From positions 1 through 37,623 of IMG/VR virus record IMGVR_UViG_3300025610_000065: 37,623 nucleotides of DNA; one strand, written 5' to 3'. This DNA comes from a virus. Taxonomy: Duplodnaviria > Caudoviricetes. Both the position numbers and the translations under genes were made by a program. The number at the start of each line of letters is the position of its first letter. Positions within the stretch are counted from its first letter, which is position 1. Positions 36,075 to 37,623 of the stretch are shown here, piece by piece. The notes under the pieces were generated by a model. It was not told the DNA's origin. It saw only the letters and a list, made by a program, of their open reading frames with translations, and made no database searches.

Positions 36075-36268
36075 CAGCCTTTATGCTTGCTTGCACATTA
36101 AATGGGATAGCTACTGGTGGTATATATTTTGAAAATGTTAATATATGCTTGCAGTATAAAGATAAATTAAGCAATCAATCTTATATGAAAGACGATAAGC
36201 CACAAGTGTATGAGTGTATTTGTAAGCTAATGCCTTTTGTAGATACAGAGAAAGTGAAGGTGTACTAA
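36071..36268 (+). CDS. small Cys-containing hypothetical protein
   Basis: ATGA overlap; four Cys. Confidence 0.6.
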   Translation: MTAFMLACTLNGIATGGIYFENVNICLQYKDKLSNQSYMKDDKPQVYECICKLMPFVDTEKVKVY

Positions 36269-36477
36269 TGACAGAAGAAAAAAAGAAATTAATAAATTTA
36301 GACATTGGTCAAAATAGTTTTGAATTATCTCTTAGAATCTTAGGAAATGAGTTTGTTGCAATAAAGATTGGTTCTACTAATTTTAGTGGAAAACTAATAG
36401 CAGGAGGTATTTTGTTGTTATTTTTTACTTTAGTGCTGTTAGAAGGCTTTGGTTTAAATGAGGTGTTAAAACAATGA
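36268..36477 (+). CDS. small membrane protein
   Basis: LSLRILGNEF; C-terminal TM. Confidence 0.6.
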   Translation: MTEEKKKLINLDIGQNSFELSLRILGNEFVAIKIGSTNFSGKLIAGGILLLFFTLVLLEGFGLNEVLKQ

Positions 36478-36710
36478 GTGTGGAAACTTTTTTAAAATGG
36501 AAGATATTACCAAGATTTATGATGCTTGCCAGTACCATAATGTCTTGGAGATGTGCTGAATGGTTTATGGATTTAGATGCACCAACCGCTAGTCAATCTG
36601 CATTTGTATCTGTAGTTATGGGTGTAATGACTGGTGTATTTGGTATATGGATGGGTCACGAACATAAGGGAGATAATAATGTTAACAGCGTTAATAGGAC
36701 CAGTAAGTAA
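36474..36710 (+). CDS. 2-TM small membrane protein (holin-like)
   Basis: WKILPRFMM...QSAFVSVVMGVMTGVFGIW; adjacent to the holin. Confidence 0.55.
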   Translation: MSVETFLKWKILPRFMMLASTIMSWRCAEWFMDLDAPTASQSAFVSVVMGVMTGVFGIWMGHEHKGDNNVNSVNRTSK

Positions 36711-37074
36711 TCTTCTTGGTAAGTTTATAGAAGACAAAGACATGAAGAACAAGTTGGCACATGAGGTGGCAACTATGGCAGAAAATCATGCACAGGAACT
36801 AGCTAAAGGGCAATTAGAAATAAATAAAGCAGAAGCTAGTCATAAATCCATCTTTGTTGCAGGTTGGAGACCTTTTGTTGGGTGGACTTGTGGAATAGCT
36901 TTAGCATGGCATTTTGTACTACAGCCATTAATAATGTTTTTGTCGGTTTTATTTGGCTTTACATTACCAGAACTCCCTGCTTTTGATATGGGAAGTTTAA
37001 TGACTGTTTTAATGGGAATGCTTGGATTGGGCGGCTTGAGGACATATGAAAAGCAAAAAGGTTTAACAAAATGA
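36679..37074 (+). CDS. 3-TM holin (GTA_holin_3TM-like)
   Basis: EINKAEA...FVAGWRPFVGW.C, LMGMLGLGGLRTYEK; SD GGGAG before ATG 36679. Confidence 0.85.
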   Translation: MLTALIGPVSNLLGKFIEDKDMKNKLAHEVATMAENHAQELAKGQLEINKAEASHKSIFVAGWRPFVGWTCGIALAWHFVLQPLIMFLSVLFGFTLPELPAFDMGSLMTVLMGMLGLGGLRTYEKQKGLTK

Positions 37075-37178
37075 TGTGGCATTGGCTAACTTTAGCAAAA
37101 TGTTTTAGTAAAATTGGTAATTATTTTTATTATAAACATGTAAAATGTTTAAAGGCATCACAAGGTAGAGGAAAATAA
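37071..37178 (+). CDS. 35-aa hypothetical protein, not in the ORF track
   Basis: ATGA overlap with the holin stop; ends 2 nt before the next start. Confidence 0.4.
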   Translation: MMWHWLTLAKCFSKIGNYFYYKHVKCLKASQGRGK

Positions 37179-37180
37179 GT

Positions 37181-37375
37181 GTGGACGGAATTAAATTAGC
37201 AGAGTATTTATATAAGAACATACGTCAAAGAAAAGAGGATTTAGCTCAATCTTTGGCTGATGGTTCGATAGACTCAATGGAAGACTATCGGTTCATAACA
37301 GGTCAAATACGAGGAATGACTTGGATTGAAGAAGAATTAAAATCCTCGATGAAAGGTACAGACTTAGATGACTAA
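37181..37375 (+). CDS. conserved phage protein upstream of GroES
   Basis: LADG....MEDYRFITGQIRG. Confidence 0.7.
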   Translation: MDGIKLAEYLYKNIRQRKEDLAQSLADGSIDSMEDYRFITGQIRGMTWIEEELKSSMKGTDLDD

Positions 37376-37623
37376 GAAACTGATCGTGCCAGAACGGTTT
37401 GTGGCACAAAAAAAAATCAATCCGACTTCTCCCTCTATAAGTAAAGCATTTGATGATAAAGAAGATGCTAATCCAAACTCAAAAGACCCTTCTAAAATGG
37501 AAAGATCAGCTCTTGATCGTTTACCAAGCCCAACTGGTTACAGGATGCTTGTTATTCCATATTACGTTCCAGAAAAAGTTAATGGTATCATAATACCTGA
37601 TAAGACTAGGGATCGTGAAAGTT
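37368..37623 (+). CDS. groES: GroES-like co-chaperonin with N-terminal extension, 3'-truncated
   Basis: LPSPTGYRMLVIP....EKVNGIIIPD matches the Cpn10 first strand and mobile loop. Confidence 0.7.
   Translation, partial: MTKKLIVPERFVAQKKINPTSPSISKAFDDKEDANPNSKDPSKMERSALDRLPSPTGYRMLVIPYYVPEKVNGIIIPDKTRDRES

Noticed and set aside
333-37082. Most minus-strand and nested track ORFs (e.g. 708..1013, 7405..7743, 15365..15769, 28594..28992, 33741..34109)
   Set aside because: Antisense or alternate-frame shadows of well-supported + strand genes, with no motifs or SD
1-37623. tRNA, integrase/att site, intron, intein, diversity-generating retroelement
   Set aside because: No cloverleaf, recombinase, reverse transcriptase or splicing motifs seen; TerL, helicase and primase lengths look uninterrupted

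Overview
The whole window is phage DNA: a large piece of an AT-rich tailed dsDNA phage whose gene content resembles marine podovirus-like phages, probably of Alphaproteobacteria (host is inference). Nearly all genes are on the + strand. Order: virion/ejection proteins (1-7310), GH24 endolysin, one minus-strand ribbon-helix-helix regulator facing a DUF1064 nuclease, then a replication/recombination module with no polymerase (AAA_24 ATPase, DUF669-like SSB, SF2 helicase, Cas4-like nuclease, Toprim primase-RepA helicase). Next come accessory genes including an SPPY-type DNA methyltransferase, an ori-like repeat region, TerS, a series of promoter-gene-terminator cassettes (gamma-glutamylcyclotransferase, amidoligase), an XRE regulator, TerL, small basic proteins, portal, 3-TM holin and a truncated GroES-like gene. 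Capsid and tail genes lie outside the window. Most notable unexplained structure: (1) dozens of CCGAACAATT / GAACAATTGTTC sites whose density rises to about 25 kb and collapses after about 26.4 kb; (2) repeat-bounded expression cassettes whose promoters share a GTAAT(C/G)ATTAC operator also found at the XRE operon; (3) a hydrophobic-x-x-GG-x-V peptide tag and an FxG[VI]x C-terminus shared by otherwise unrelated late proteins; (4) an H-type RNA pseudoknot before the helicase. All counts are by eye and family calls are from motif recognition, not database searches.
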